NCBI GenBank assembly: GCA_040380025.1
Contig: JBEIJY010000021.1
Location: forward strand, 1-41,920
Source: Bdellovibrionales bacterium
GTDB lineage: Bacteria > Bdellovibrionota > UBA1018 > CAIMNF01
Direction: 5' to 3'
DNA length: 41,920 bases
Position numbers and translations under genes: made by a program. Positions 8,385-17,049 of the stretch are shown piece after piece. Positions within the stretch are counted from its first letter, which is position 1. Each line of letters begins with the position of its first letter. The notes under the pieces were generated by a model that saw only the letters and a list, made by a program, of their open reading frames with translations, was not told where the DNA came from and ran no database searches.

Positions 8385-9322
8385 CACTGTCCTTTTACCA
8401 CCACCCGGGTCGAAGCGGGAATGATCCTGACCAAATGAACTTTTTGGGGCAACTGCACGCGGATGAACTTCTCGTATTCTCCACTCGGCATATCGCGAAC
8501 ATCCACGAGGGCCACGATCTCCTCGCCGTCGATCCGCACCGATTCTCCGGGCTCCGTGCGGACAATCACCGTCACTTCCTCATCCGCGGCCGCGGCTTTT
8601 CCGGTGGACTTCACCTTCAAGGGAACATGCTTCAGTTTAAAGGCCGCGCCCCGCCCCTGCACTTCGACGCTCATTTCCGGAAGGGGCGAATCGGGATCGA
8701 TTCCCATGGCCTTGAAATCGAACGAGAGCGGAATGACGGTCGTTTCCCGGAGCAAAGAGACATCCACGGGAACCGTCGAAAGGGCGTTGATCATTTGCAC
8801 GCGATTCTTCGGCCCCTTGATCCGGATCATCGAGGGCAGGATCTCCGTCCGCAACACACGATACCCCTCCGGCAGTTCTCCGGTCACCGAGGCCTTCACG
8901 GGCACCTGAGTTTTTTTCGACTCCTCGACCCGCATCTGGACCACATTCGGATTGATCGAAAGGACCTTCACGCCGAGCGGGAGTTTGATCGCATCACTGA
9001 AAATCCGATGCGTGAACACCCCGGCACGGAGATCACGAAGATTCGCCCGGATGGGATCGTCGATCCGGTTCGTGATACTGCGAAGGAAGGCCTTGGGTCC
9101 GGTGAGACGGAAGATGATTTTTTCGGGGACGGGATCGACGAGGATCTGGTCTTCTCCCACCACGGCCTCAAAGGGAATTTCCTTGGTGATCTCGATGGTC
9201 CGGGACCCGAACACCACCACCCAGAGGGAACTGGCGATCAGAAATGAGACCACCTTCAGACCGAACTGATGCCGGATGAGGTTCCAAAGCGGAAATAAAG
9301 ATCGGAACGGAGAGAACCTCAT
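8384..9322 (-). CDS. cdaR: CdaR/YbbR-family diadenylate cyclase regulator
   Basis: N-terminal TM helix (LKVVSFLIASSLWVVV) followed by beta-rich YbbR-like units (GELPEGYRV...P..IRIKGP). Lies between cdaA and glmM. ATG 9322 overlaps the cdaA TGA, so the upstream extension in the ORF track was ignored. Confidence 0.85.
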   Translation of the reverse strand: MRFSPFRSLFPLWNLIRHQFGLKVVSFLIASSLWVVVFGSRTIEITKEIPFEAVVGEDQILVDPVPEKIIFRLTGPKAFLRSITNRIDDPIRANLRDLRAGVFTHRIFSDAIKLPLGVKVLSINPNVVQMRVEESKKTQVPVKASVTGELPEGYRVLRTEILPSMIRIKGPKNRVQMINALSTVPVDVSLLRETTVIPLSFDFKAMGIDPDSPLPEMSVEVQGRGAAFKLKHVPLKVKSTGKAAAADEEVTVIVRTEPGESVRIDGEEIVALVDVRDMPSGEYEKFIRVQLPQKVHLVRIIPASTRVVVKGQ

Positions 9323-10161
9323 GAATCCGAATCCTCCTTGCCGCGCACCGCACTCAAGAACCGGCGAATCCGGTTCGGCAGGGGCTCGCGCGGCGCATGG
9401 AGATTCAGAAGCTCGCCGAGCGTGTCGCGGAGTTGCCCCTCGGTCAGATTCCGCACGATCTCGCCGCTTTGAACGAGATGCGCCTGTCCGGCCTCCTCGC
9501 TCACGAGCAGCACGATCGCGTCGGTTTCTTCGGTGAGACCGATGGCGGCGCGATGGCGGGTTCCGAAGGCGCGATCGATATCGGGATCCTTGCTGAGCGG
9601 AAGAAAACAACCGGCGGCGGCCAGGCGATCCCCGTTGATGATGACCGCGCCGTCATGCAGAGGGGACTCGACCAGAAAAATGGAATACAAGAGCTCCGCG
9701 CGCACGCGGGCATCGACCTTCGAACCCGTATCCATGAAGTTCTTGAGACCCGTCTCACGTTCAATCACAATCAACGCGCCGATCTTATCGCGGGCAAGCT
9801 GAAGCGCCGCACGCGAAACCTCATCGACCATCTCGAGTCGATTCTCGCTCTCCACCACCGCGAGGAACGGATTCTTCCCGAGCCGCGTCAGCGCCCTTCT
9901 CAGATCATCTTGGAAGAGCACGATGATGATGAACACGAAGTAATCGACGAACTTGCTGAAGATCCAATGCGTGGTGTAGAGCTCGAACGCATTCGAAGCG
10001 TAATACCCGGCCGTCAGGACCCCGAGCCCGATCAGCATCTGGACGGCACGTGTTCCCTGGATCAGATTCAGAAAGCGATAGACGATGAACGCGACGATCG
10101 AAACGTCGAGAAGATCGGCCTGCCGGAAACTCGCCTTCAGGTTCGCCAGGAATTCCTGCAT
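9319..10161 (-). CDS. cdaA: diadenylate cyclase CdaA/DacA (c-di-AMP synthesis)
   Basis: Three N-terminal TM segments and a DAC domain with GALIVIER, LHDGAVII, GTRHRAAIG and VSEE. Confidence 0.96.
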   Translation of the reverse strand: MQEFLANLKASFRQADLLDVSIVAFIVYRFLNLIQGTRAVQMLIGLGVLTAGYYASNAFELYTTHWIFSKFVDYFVFIIIVLFQDDLRRALTRLGKNPFLAVVESENRLEMVDEVSRAALQLARDKIGALIVIERETGLKNFMDTGSKVDARVRAELLYSIFLVESPLHDGAVIINGDRLAAAGCFLPLSKDPDIDRAFGTRHRAAIGLTEETDAIVLLVSEEAGQAHLVQSGEIVRNLTEGQLRDTLGELLNLHAPREPLPNRIRRFLSAVRGKEDSDS

Positions 10162-12050
10162 CAGGCCATCACGGGAGCGGGAGCTGCCCCTCCTCCTTCA
10201 GGCTTCGGATCCGTACCGGATGCGGCCTTGGGGGCCCGCTCGATTTTCTCGCCGCGAATCAGCTTATCGACTTCTTCGCCGTCGATCGTCTCGTACTCGA
10301 GAAGCGCCTCGGCAATGCGATGAAGAGCAGCGATGTTCTCGTTGATCAGCTGTTTGGCGCGCTGGTAATTGCGCTCGACAATATCGCGCACCTCACGGTC
10401 GATGGTCTGCGCGGTCTGCTCGCTGTAATCCCGGTGTTGGGAAATCTCGCGCCCGAGGAAGATCGCCTCTTCTTTTTTGCCGAAGGTGAGCGGCCCGAGG
10501 ATGTCGCTCATCCCCCACTCGCACACCATGCGGCGTGCGACCTCGGTGGCACGCTCGATGTCGTTTCCGGCACCGGTGGTCTTCTGATTGAACACGATCT
10601 CTTCGGCGATCCTTCCCCCCATCAGGAATGCGATCATGTTCTCGGCCTTCACTTTGTCCATGCTGACGCGATCCTCGCGGGGCAGGGTCTGGGTCACCCC
10701 GAGCGCCATTCCACGGGGAATGATCGTGACCTTGTGAATCGGATCCGTGCCCGGAAGAACGCGCCCGACCAGGGTATGCCCTGCCTCATGGAAGGCGGTA
10801 TTGCGCTTTTCCTGATCGCTCAAAACAAGGCTCTTCCGCTCGGACCCCATCAGGACCTTGTCCTTGGCCTCCTCGAGGTCATGAAGCTCGACGTATTTCT
10901 TTTCCCTGCGGGCCGCGATCAGCGCGGCCTCGTTCACGAGATTCTCGAGATCCGCACCCGAGAATCCCGGGGTTCCGCGAGCAATGATCGAAAGATTCAC
11001 CTTCGGATCGAGCGGCACCTTGCGGGTGTGCACCTTCAGGATCTCCTCGCGACCGCGCAGATCGGGATTCGAAACCACTACCCGCCGGTCAAAGCGACCG
11101 GGGCGCAAAAGCGCCGGATCGAGCACATCCGGGCGGTTCGTCGCGGCAACGAGGATCACACCCTCATTCCCCTCAAATCCGTCCATCTCGACCAGAAGCT
11201 GATTCAGGGTCTGCTCGCGTTCATCGTGACCGCCGCCCAGGCCCGCACCGCGGTGCCGGCCGACTGCATCGATCTCGTCGATGAAAATGATGCAGGGAGC
11301 ATGTTTCTTGCCCTGCTCAAAAAGGTCACGGACCCGGGAGGCGCCGACACCCACGAACATCTCGACGAAATCCGATCCCGAGATCGAAAAGAACGGCACT
11401 CCGGCCTCACCCGCGACCGCTTTCGCGAGCAGGGTTTTTCCGGTGCCCGGAGGTCCCATAAGAAGCACTCCCTTCGGGATGCGCCCTCCGAGACGAGTGA
11501 ATTTTTTCGGATCCTTCAGGAAGTACACGATCTCCTCGAGATCCTGTTTCGCCTCCTCCGCTCCGGCCACATCCTTGAAGGTGAACTTCTTGCTGGCCTC
11601 GTTCAGCATGCGGGCCTTGGATTTGCCGAAGCTCATCGCCTTGCCGCCACCGGCGTTCATCTGTTTCATGATGAAGATGAAAAAAACCAGAAACAGAAGC
11701 ATTGGAAGGGCCGAATAGAGCATCTGCATGATCATGGATGGCTTATCGGCCGGTTCGTAATTCGGGATCAGATTATTGGACTTCAGGATCTCGGTGAACA
11801 CCGGATTCTTGGTATCACCCACCGTTTCAAAGGTGGTCCGGTTCTCGATCGGCTCCTTCAAAGTTCCGGTGATCACGTCATCAGAACGGAAAGTCACCTC
11901 GGCGACCTTCCCCTGCTTCACCAGCTCCATGAACTGGGAAAACTTCAACGCACTCTTCGGGTGCTGGCTCTGGTCCACCGTCTTATAAATGAAGGCAAAC
12001 AATAGAATGATGGACAGGGTGAGCGCGACATTTCGGCCAAAACCTCTCAT
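10161..12050 (-). CDS. ftsH: ATP-dependent zinc metalloprotease FtsH
   Basis: Two TM segments, [17 protein letters not shown] region, HEAGH zinc motif. Confidence 0.99.
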   Translation of the reverse strand: MRGFGRNVALTLSIILLFAFIYKTVDQSQHPKSALKFSQFMELVKQGKVAEVTFRSDDVITGTLKEPIENRTTFETVGDTKNPVFTEILKSNNLIPNYEPADKPSMIMQMLYSALPMLLFLVFFIFIMKQMNAGGGKAMSFGKSKARMLNEASKKFTFKDVAGAEEAKQDLEEIVYFLKDPKKFTRLGGRIPKGVLLMGPPGTGKTLLAKAVAGEAGVPFFSISGSDFVEMFVGVGASRVRDLFEQGKKHAPCIIFIDEIDAVGRHRGAGLGGGHDEREQTLNQLLVEMDGFEGNEGVILVAATNRPDVLDPALLRPGRFDRRVVVSNPDLRGREEILKVHTRKVPLDPKVNLSIIARGTPGFSGADLENLVNEAALIAARREKKYVELHDLEEAKDKVLMGSERKSLVLSDQEKRNTAFHEAGHTLVGRVLPGTDPIHKVTIIPRGMALGVTQTLPREDRVSMDKVKAENMIAFLMGGRIAEEIVFNQKTTGAGNDIERATEVARRMVCEWGMSDILGPLTFGKKEEAIFLGREISQHRDYSEQTAQTIDREVRDIVERNYQRAKQLINENIAALHRIAEALLEYETIDGEEVDKLIRGEKIERAPKAASGTDPKPEGGGAAPAPVMA

Positions 12051-12121
12051 GGGGGAAGGTCCTTTCTATGGATCGGAGACTCCCCTTGATTTCACCACAT
12101 CGCCCGTGAAAAAACAAATCG

Positions 12122-13054
12122 TTACGCCCGATCGGAGCGATCGGCATTCTCGATGAGCCACCCCTCTTTCAGGCGTTTTAGTTGAACTCCGCCCGGAAGG
12201 CTGAGAGCCGCTCCCTCCTGCAATCCGGCGACCAGTCGCTCCAACTCCCCCCGTTGCGCGCGATTCAGAGGACCGCGGATCGCCTGAAGAAGATTTGCGA
12301 GCCCGACCGTTTCCGGATCCGACACCGGATCCCTCCGTTCGAGCGCATACCGCGCCAGCGTCTCCCGGATGGAAGGGTAACGCGTCTCGATCATCGGGAA
12401 CACCGCCTCGCGAACCCAGCCCCGGAAGAAATCCCGGTCCTGATTCGAGGAATCCTCGTGGAACGGAATCGCCTCCTCGAGCGCATAAGCGCGGATCTGC
12501 TCTTTTGAGATCCCAAGAAAAGGACGGAGAACGGGCGGATCCTCGAACAGGATCCCCTCCCGCCCCACATCGAACTCGCCGCGCAGAAACCGGAACAATA
12601 CTGTCTCGGCCAGATCATCGCGATGATGCGCTGTAAGCACATGAAGAAATGGTCGCCCCGGCCCGGCCAGCTCATCGTATACCCCGGTGCGCTTGATCCG
12701 ACCGTCCTCTTCGAGGTTCGCGCTTTTTCTGCCCACGGCGGGACCTTCGAGATCGCGCGCGAGGAATCCGGTCCCGAGGGACCGGGCGAGATCGCGAACC
12801 GCCTCCCGCTCCACCGTGGCCGATTCGGGCCGCCACCCGTGATCCAAGTGCAAGAGAGTGATCCGGTCCGGCGGCGCGACTTTTCTTCCATAACGCCCGA
12901 GCAGATGCGCAAGCACCATGGAATCGACGCCGCCGGATACCGCGATCAGAACAGGCCCCGGAACCGGAAGCGGGATCCCCCGGGATTGAAGAAGCCCGAT
13001 CACGTTTCGAATCAAGGTTCCGCCGGTTTGCTGGGGTCTCGGGTACGCGTTCAT
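12122..13054 (-). CDS. tilS: tRNA(Ile)-lysidine synthetase TilS (short form)
   Basis: AVSGGVDSM, HLDHGWR, TAHHRDDLAET, RPFL, EDSSN. Conserved position upstream of ftsH. Confidence 0.92.
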   Translation of the reverse strand: MNAYPRPQQTGGTLIRNVIGLLQSRGIPLPVPGPVLIAVSGGVDSMVLAHLLGRYGRKVAPPDRITLLHLDHGWRPESATVEREAVRDLARSLGTGFLARDLEGPAVGRKSANLEEDGRIKRTGVYDELAGPGRPFLHVLTAHHRDDLAETVLFRFLRGEFDVGREGILFEDPPVLRPFLGISKEQIRAYALEEAIPFHEDSSNQDRDFFRGWVREAVFPMIETRYPSIRETLARYALERRDPVSDPETVGLANLLQAIRGPLNRAQRGELERLVAGLQEGAALSLPGGVQLKRLKEGWLIENADRSDRA

Positions 13055-13061
13055 CCGGACA

Positions 13062-13769
13062 TCACTGTACCGGATCGGCCTCGATTTTGTCGACCGAACC
13101 GAGGGTCGTATCGAGAGGAATGAAGCAATCGTATGACTTCGTCCCCGGAGCGATCAGGCTCGTGGTTTCCCGGCACTCGATGTGCTCGCCCGTCTTTCGC
13201 AGGCCCGCGCCGTGTTCCGCTGTCGCGGGGACCTCGATCGGCGATTCGACCTGAAGCGATTCGAACAAGGTCTTTCCGTAATCCGCCAGAATCCGGAGGC
13301 GTACTTTTCCGGGGCGATCCGGGCCAGAAATCGTGAGGTACGCATCGCTTTCGGCCAACTGGGGGCGTTCGGGCGCCGAGCGAAGGAGCTTGTCCTCCTC
13401 GCGGATGCTCTTCACCACGCCCTTGCCGGAGTCCAGAAGCACCTCGCATGAAAAACGGGTTTCGCGTTCAAAACACTGGAAGTCCCGCCCCACCTTCTTC
13501 CGTGCTTGCGGCGATGCGGACTCATTCAAGGAGGCCTCCTCGGGAGCAAGCGCGAGGAGACGGTACACTTTTTCGGCATCCGGCCCTTTCAACACGACTT
13601 TCGTGCCCTCGGTGCCCGCAATCAGCTCCAGGGAGTTCAGCTCGGCGACCATCGGGCCGTTCGTGCCTCCCGTCCGGTTCAATCCCTTTTGAACGGGAGG
13701 AGGCAGCTTGGCGCATGCCGTGAGTTCAAGAACGATCAGACCTGGTGCAATCAATGATTTTAGTTTCAT
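13062..13769 (-). CDS. putative lipoprotein of unknown function with an internal duplication
   Basis: Signal/lipobox MKLKSLIAPGLIVLELTA-C from ATG 13769, and two similar Cys-pair modules. Confidence 0.7.
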   Translation of the reverse strand: MKLKSLIAPGLIVLELTACAKLPPPVQKGLNRTGGTNGPMVAELNSLELIAGTEGTKVVLKGPDAEKVYRLLALAPEEASLNESASPQARKKVGRDFQCFERETRFSCEVLLDSGKGVVKSIREEDKLLRSAPERPQLAESDAYLTISGPDRPGKVRLRILADYGKTLFESLQVESPIEVPATAEHGAGLRKTGEHIECRETTSLIAPGTKSYDCFIPLDTTLGSVDKIEADPVQ

Positions 13770-13799
13770 CCCTTGTTTTTTATCGACCGCAACCCGGGC

Positions 13800-13817
13800 T
13801 GTAAAGACTTTTTTACA
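13800..13817. promoter_or_regulatory. palindromic site TGTAAA-N6-TTTACA in an AT-rich spacer upstream of the lipoprotein-tilS-ftsH run
   Basis: The sequence tgtaaagacttttttaca lies about 30 bp upstream of ATG 13769. Confidence 0.4.
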
Positions 13818-13842
13818 CTTATTTAATTGATGAAAATCAAAT

Positions 13843-14511
13843 TCAGGGAACAAATTTCACCCCCGCCCCGCGGACCGTGAGCAGATGCCTCGGCGATTCC
13901 GGGTCGGCCTCCAGGCGCTTCCGGAGCTGATTCAGAATATAATCCACAGTGCGGGTTTTTGGCAGGAATCCGAAGCCCCAGACGTCCTTCAACAACCGGT
14001 CCTTGCTCACGATGATCCCTTTTCTTTCCATCAGATACTTCATGAACTTGAACTCGAGGGGAGTCAGCAGGACCTCCCCCGCGGGCGACCGGATCGTGAG
14101 TGTTTCTTCGGACAGGGTCCAGACGGAACTCTCCCCGCCGGCGGATTCCGTTGCACGCATCCGTCTGAGCAGGGCCTCGATCCTTGCTTCGAGCTCATGG
14201 AACGAGAACGGCTTCGGGAGATAATCATCGGCACCCCGCCGGAGCCCCTCCACGCGTTCTTCTACGCTCGATTTCGAGGAGAGAATGAGCACCATCAATT
14301 TTTCCCGTCCCGGATGGCGAAGAAGAAGGGTTCCATCGCCGTCGGGCAGGTTCCGGTCGAGCACCATAAGGGAGTACAGACCCGTGGTCAGACGGACCCG
14401 CGCCTCCTTCATGGTCTTCACCCAGTCACACCGGTGACCCATTTTTTCGATCGAAAGCCGGATCGTATCGCCGAGAGCGGGCTCATCTTCGACCAAAAGA
14501 ATGCGTCTCAA
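13843..14511 (-). CDS. OmpR/PhoB-family response regulator
   Basis: ILLVEDE, VLDRNLPDGDG (phosphoacceptor Asp), GADDYLPKPF, wHTH LTPLEF...LRKRLE...TVRGAG. The TTG start overlaps the kinase stop. Confidence 0.95.
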   Translation of the reverse strand: MRRILLVEDEPALGDTIRLSIEKMGHRCDWVKTMKEARVRLTTGLYSLMVLDRNLPDGDGTLLLRHPGREKLMVLILSSKSSVEERVEGLRRGADDYLPKPFSFHELEARIEALLRRMRATESAGGESSVWTLSEETLTIRSPAGEVLLTPLEFKFMKYLMERKGIIVSKDRLLKDVWGFGFLPKTRTVDYILNQLRKRLEADPESPRHLLTVRGAGVKFVP

Positions 14512-15458
14512 GGCAATCTTCCTTCCAGCACAAACCGCGCGCCCCTGCCCTCACCCGGACTGTTTCCGCGCAGGGTGAGCCCCATGCCTTTCGCGGCGCT
14601 GGCCGAAAGATAAAGTCCGAGGCCCGTCCCCGGAATCGAGCGGTCGAGCAAGGTTCCGTCCTCGACCTGAAGACGCGAAAACCTCCGAAACAGAGCACGT
14701 TTCTGACGGGGCGAGAAACCCATCCCCTGATCGATGATCGAAATCCTCCAGCGAGACCGGCCGGGGAAAAGCCGCGGACGGAAGACCTCGAGCCGGATCT
14801 CGACCCTCGGCTCGCCGATGGCGAACTTGCGGGCGTTGTCGAGAAGATTGCGGAAAATCAATTCGAGCAATCCGGCATCGAGAAGCACGGCGGACCCGAC
14901 CGGACCGCCTGTGATGGCGAGGTCCGCCCGATCCCCGAGCAATCGCCGGAACTCCTCCCGCCGGCTCCGAATCCAATTGTCCAGATCGACCTTCTCGGGA
15001 TTCACCCGGAGCCTCGACTCCCTGAGCTTCGCCGCCTGCAAGAGAAGCTCGACATCGGTTTTCAGGCGTTCGAGCTCAAGCGCATGCGAGCGCCACAGGC
15101 GCGCCTCTTCGGGGGCGAGCGAATCCGGGGAAGGCCGGAGAAGATCGGAGACCAGCATGAGCGTCGAAATCGGAGTCCGGAGTTCGTGCGAGATCCGGTC
15201 CAGAAAATCGGCCTGGATCTGGCTGATCCGCATCTCGCGAAGAAGCCTTGCGAAGAACAGAACCAGCGCACCCATGATTCCGACGAATCCGAGCGAACCG
15301 GCGATGATCCTCGTCCAAGGCAATTCCCGGAAACCGAAATCTCGAATCAGCTGGACATTGTAACTGGTCGCCATCGTGCCCGCGACCGCGAGACCGAGCA
15401 CGAACAGAAAAACCCAAAGGCCTTTTCTAGGACGGGATACGACTTTCTCGAGCTTCAT
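14508..15458 (-). CDS. small membrane-bound sensor histidine kinase (HisKA + HATPase)
   Basis: Two TM helices with a short loop, H-box ISHELRTP, N-box NLLDNARKF, G1 DQGMG, G2 GTGLGL. Confidence 0.93.
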   Translation of the reverse strand: MKLEKVVSRPRKGLWVFLFVLGLAVAGTMATSYNVQLIRDFGFRELPWTRIIAGSLGFVGIMGALVLFFARLLREMRISQIQADFLDRISHELRTPISTLMLVSDLLRPSPDSLAPEEARLWRSHALELERLKTDVELLLQAAKLRESRLRVNPEKVDLDNWIRSRREEFRRLLGDRADLAITGGPVGSAVLLDAGLLELIFRNLLDNARKFAIGEPRVEIRLEVFRPRLFPGRSRWRISIIDQGMGFSPRQKRALFRRFSRLQVEDGTLLDRSIPGTGLGLYLSASAAKGMGLTLRGNSPGEGRGARFVLEGRLP

Positions 15459-16359
15459 GATTCAACCCCGAAATCCAGAACGCGATGAACACGAGATCCG
15501 CCGCAAGCAGATGCAGGATCTGCATCCAGTTCGGTGCCATGAGCATCCAGTTCAAAATCCCGATCAAAAACTGCGACACCACCGCAAGAAGCAGCACGGC
15601 GCGCGACTTCAGCAGCTCCCGCTCCTCGAGATTCTTGCTCCACAGGAACACCATCATCACCCAGAGCGCGGCAAGGACAGGGTGGAACACCCGGAGGCGC
15701 ACGAGAAAATGCGCGCCGGGAGAAAAATCGTGGGCGATGCCCGCTGACAGGGACTCGGCCGGAAACAAGGTGTCTCCGAGGGCCGTGATCGCGCCGCTCG
15801 CACCGAGAACCAAGAACAACCCGAGGGTGCTCCGGAACAAGCGGGATCCCGGCAGAAAGGGCTTGGCGGCGGAATTGAAATTCTCTTCGCGCGATGCGGA
15901 CCAGGCAAGCGAAGTCAGGCTCGAAACCAAAAACAGGGTGTTCACAAGGTGAAGCGCGATCGAAACCGCCCGCGCAACCGATTGATCGAACTCCACGAGC
16001 TTCAAAAGGACCAAACCGGCACCCAGAAGAGCCTCAAGGACGATTGCGATCACCGAGAGACCTGCGATACGCCGGACTCCGGAACCGGGCAGAGAAACCC
16101 GGCGCGCCCAGAAGAATCCCGACACCACCAGAACCAACGAAAGGCCGCTTGTGAGCCGATGAAAAAACTCGATGACGGTTTGGATCCGCTCGGGCCGGGG
16201 AATCACCTCACCATTGCAAAGGGGCCAATGATCGCCGCATCCGGCACCGGATCCGGTCGCGCGCACATAGGCGCCCCAGAGAATCACAAAAAGGGCATAC
16301 CCAAGATTGAAGACTGCGAACTTTCGAAATGCCGCGCGGGAACGGGTCACTTTTTCCAT
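15427..16359 (-). CDS. ctaA: heme A synthase (COX15/CtaA, type with a Cys pair)
   Basis: GAYVRATGSGAGCGDHWPLCNG and IEFFHR, about eight hydrophobic segments, and four His in TM helices (FFHR, ALHL, VFHP, ILHL). Start ATG 16359. Confidence 0.88.
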   Translation of the reverse strand: MEKVTRSRAAFRKFAVFNLGYALFVILWGAYVRATGSGAGCGDHWPLCNGEVIPRPERIQTVIEFFHRLTSGLSLVLVVSGFFWARRVSLPGSGVRRIAGLSVIAIVLEALLGAGLVLLKLVEFDQSVARAVSIALHLVNTLFLVSSLTSLAWSASREENFNSAAKPFLPGSRLFRSTLGLFLVLGASGAITALGDTLFPAESLSAGIAHDFSPGAHFLVRLRVFHPVLAALWVMMVFLWSKNLEERELLKSRAVLLLAVVSQFLIGILNWMLMAPNWMQILHLLAADLVFIAFWISGLNHEARESRIPS

Positions 16360-16907
16360 TTGATACTGCACCCCATCGACGGAACCTGATCGACGGCGGG
16401 TCGATCTCCCCGCGCCACGGACTCGAGCGCAAGCCTCAGGCTTTGCTCTTTCACCATCGCAGAATCCTTCCAGGAATCATCAATGCGCCCGCGATACCGG
16501 AGCCGGAACCCTGCCGGAGTGCGCTCATACAGATACGGATCGGGAGTGCAAACGGCATCGTAAGCACGAGCCACGTCCTGAGTTTCGTCGAATACATACG
16601 GAAAGGGCAAATTCCACTCTTTTGCGGTTTTGACCATGTTTTCGAAGCTGTCCTCCACCCGATAGGCCGGATCATTCGAGTTGATTCCGATCACGGCGAT
16701 TCCCCGCGGGGCGAATTCCCGGGCCAATGCCGAAAGCCGCTCGTGCACGGCGATCACGTAGGGACAGTGATTGCACATGAAAACCACCAAAAGGCCTTTT
16801 TGACCCAGGAACGAGTCGAGGGAATAAGTGTTGCCATCGATCCCCTTGAGAGAGAACGGGGGGGCCGGAGAATCCAGAACTGATGCGGAAGAATGAGCCA
16901 GTGCCAT
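16347..16907 (-). CDS. thioredoxin/AhpC-TSA (peroxiredoxin-like) family protein
   Basis: APPFSL, FMCNHCPYV, INSND, FPYVFDETQ.VA, CTPD, YRGRIDD, C-terminal MGCSIKWK. Confidence 0.92.
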   Translation of the reverse strand: MALAHSSASVLDSPAPPFSLKGIDGNTYSLDSFLGQKGLLVVFMCNHCPYVIAVHERLSALAREFAPRGIAVIGINSNDPAYRVEDSFENMVKTAKEWNLPFPYVFDETQDVARAYDAVCTPDPYLYERTPAGFRLRYRGRIDDSWKDSAMVKEQSLRLALESVARGDRPAVDQVPSMGCSIKWKK

Positions 16908-16965
16908 AGGAGGCTCAGCCTACCACGAATCCGGACGCTCACTGAGCCGTTTTGATGCTTGCCGG

Positions 16966-16994
16966 TTGTGATTCCCCTGCGAAACTGCTACATT
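16966..16994 (+). promoter_or_regulatory. candidate sigma70 promoter of ahcY
   Basis: TTGTGA - 17 nt - TACATT, with an extended -10 TG at 16986-16987. Confidence 0.5.
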
Positions 16995-17049
16995 CCTTCC
17001 TCAAAGCATAGTTCCGTCTCAACGACTTCAATTAGAAAGAAGGATCTTT

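Noticed and set aside
9323..9610. N-terminal extensions given by the ORF track for cdaR (9610), iscS (3047), nnr (6292), the lipoprotein (13853), the secreted protein (24086) and the small ORF (20114)
   Set aside because: They run deep into neighbouring genes and are low-complexity or Arg-rich. Downstream starts with an RBS, a stop/start overlap or a signal peptide fit better.
10320..12005. Long antisense or alternative-frame ORFs (for example 10320-12005 +, 17032-18285 -, 20667-22136 -, 31408-33264 -, 36094-37494 +, 37507-38781 +, 40472-41638 -, 120-980 +)
   Set aside because: They lie opposite well-supported genes, have no recognisable motifs, and are the expected shadow of GC-rich codon bias.
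16908..17049. Possible SAH riboswitch upstream of ahcY, including the GGCTCAG/CTGAGCC inverted repeat at 16912-16948
   Set aside because: The conserved SAH aptamer core (GAGGAGCG..GC...AGGCUC) is not present, the inverted repeat lies upstream of the predicted promoter, and the predicted 5' UTR is only about 50 nt.
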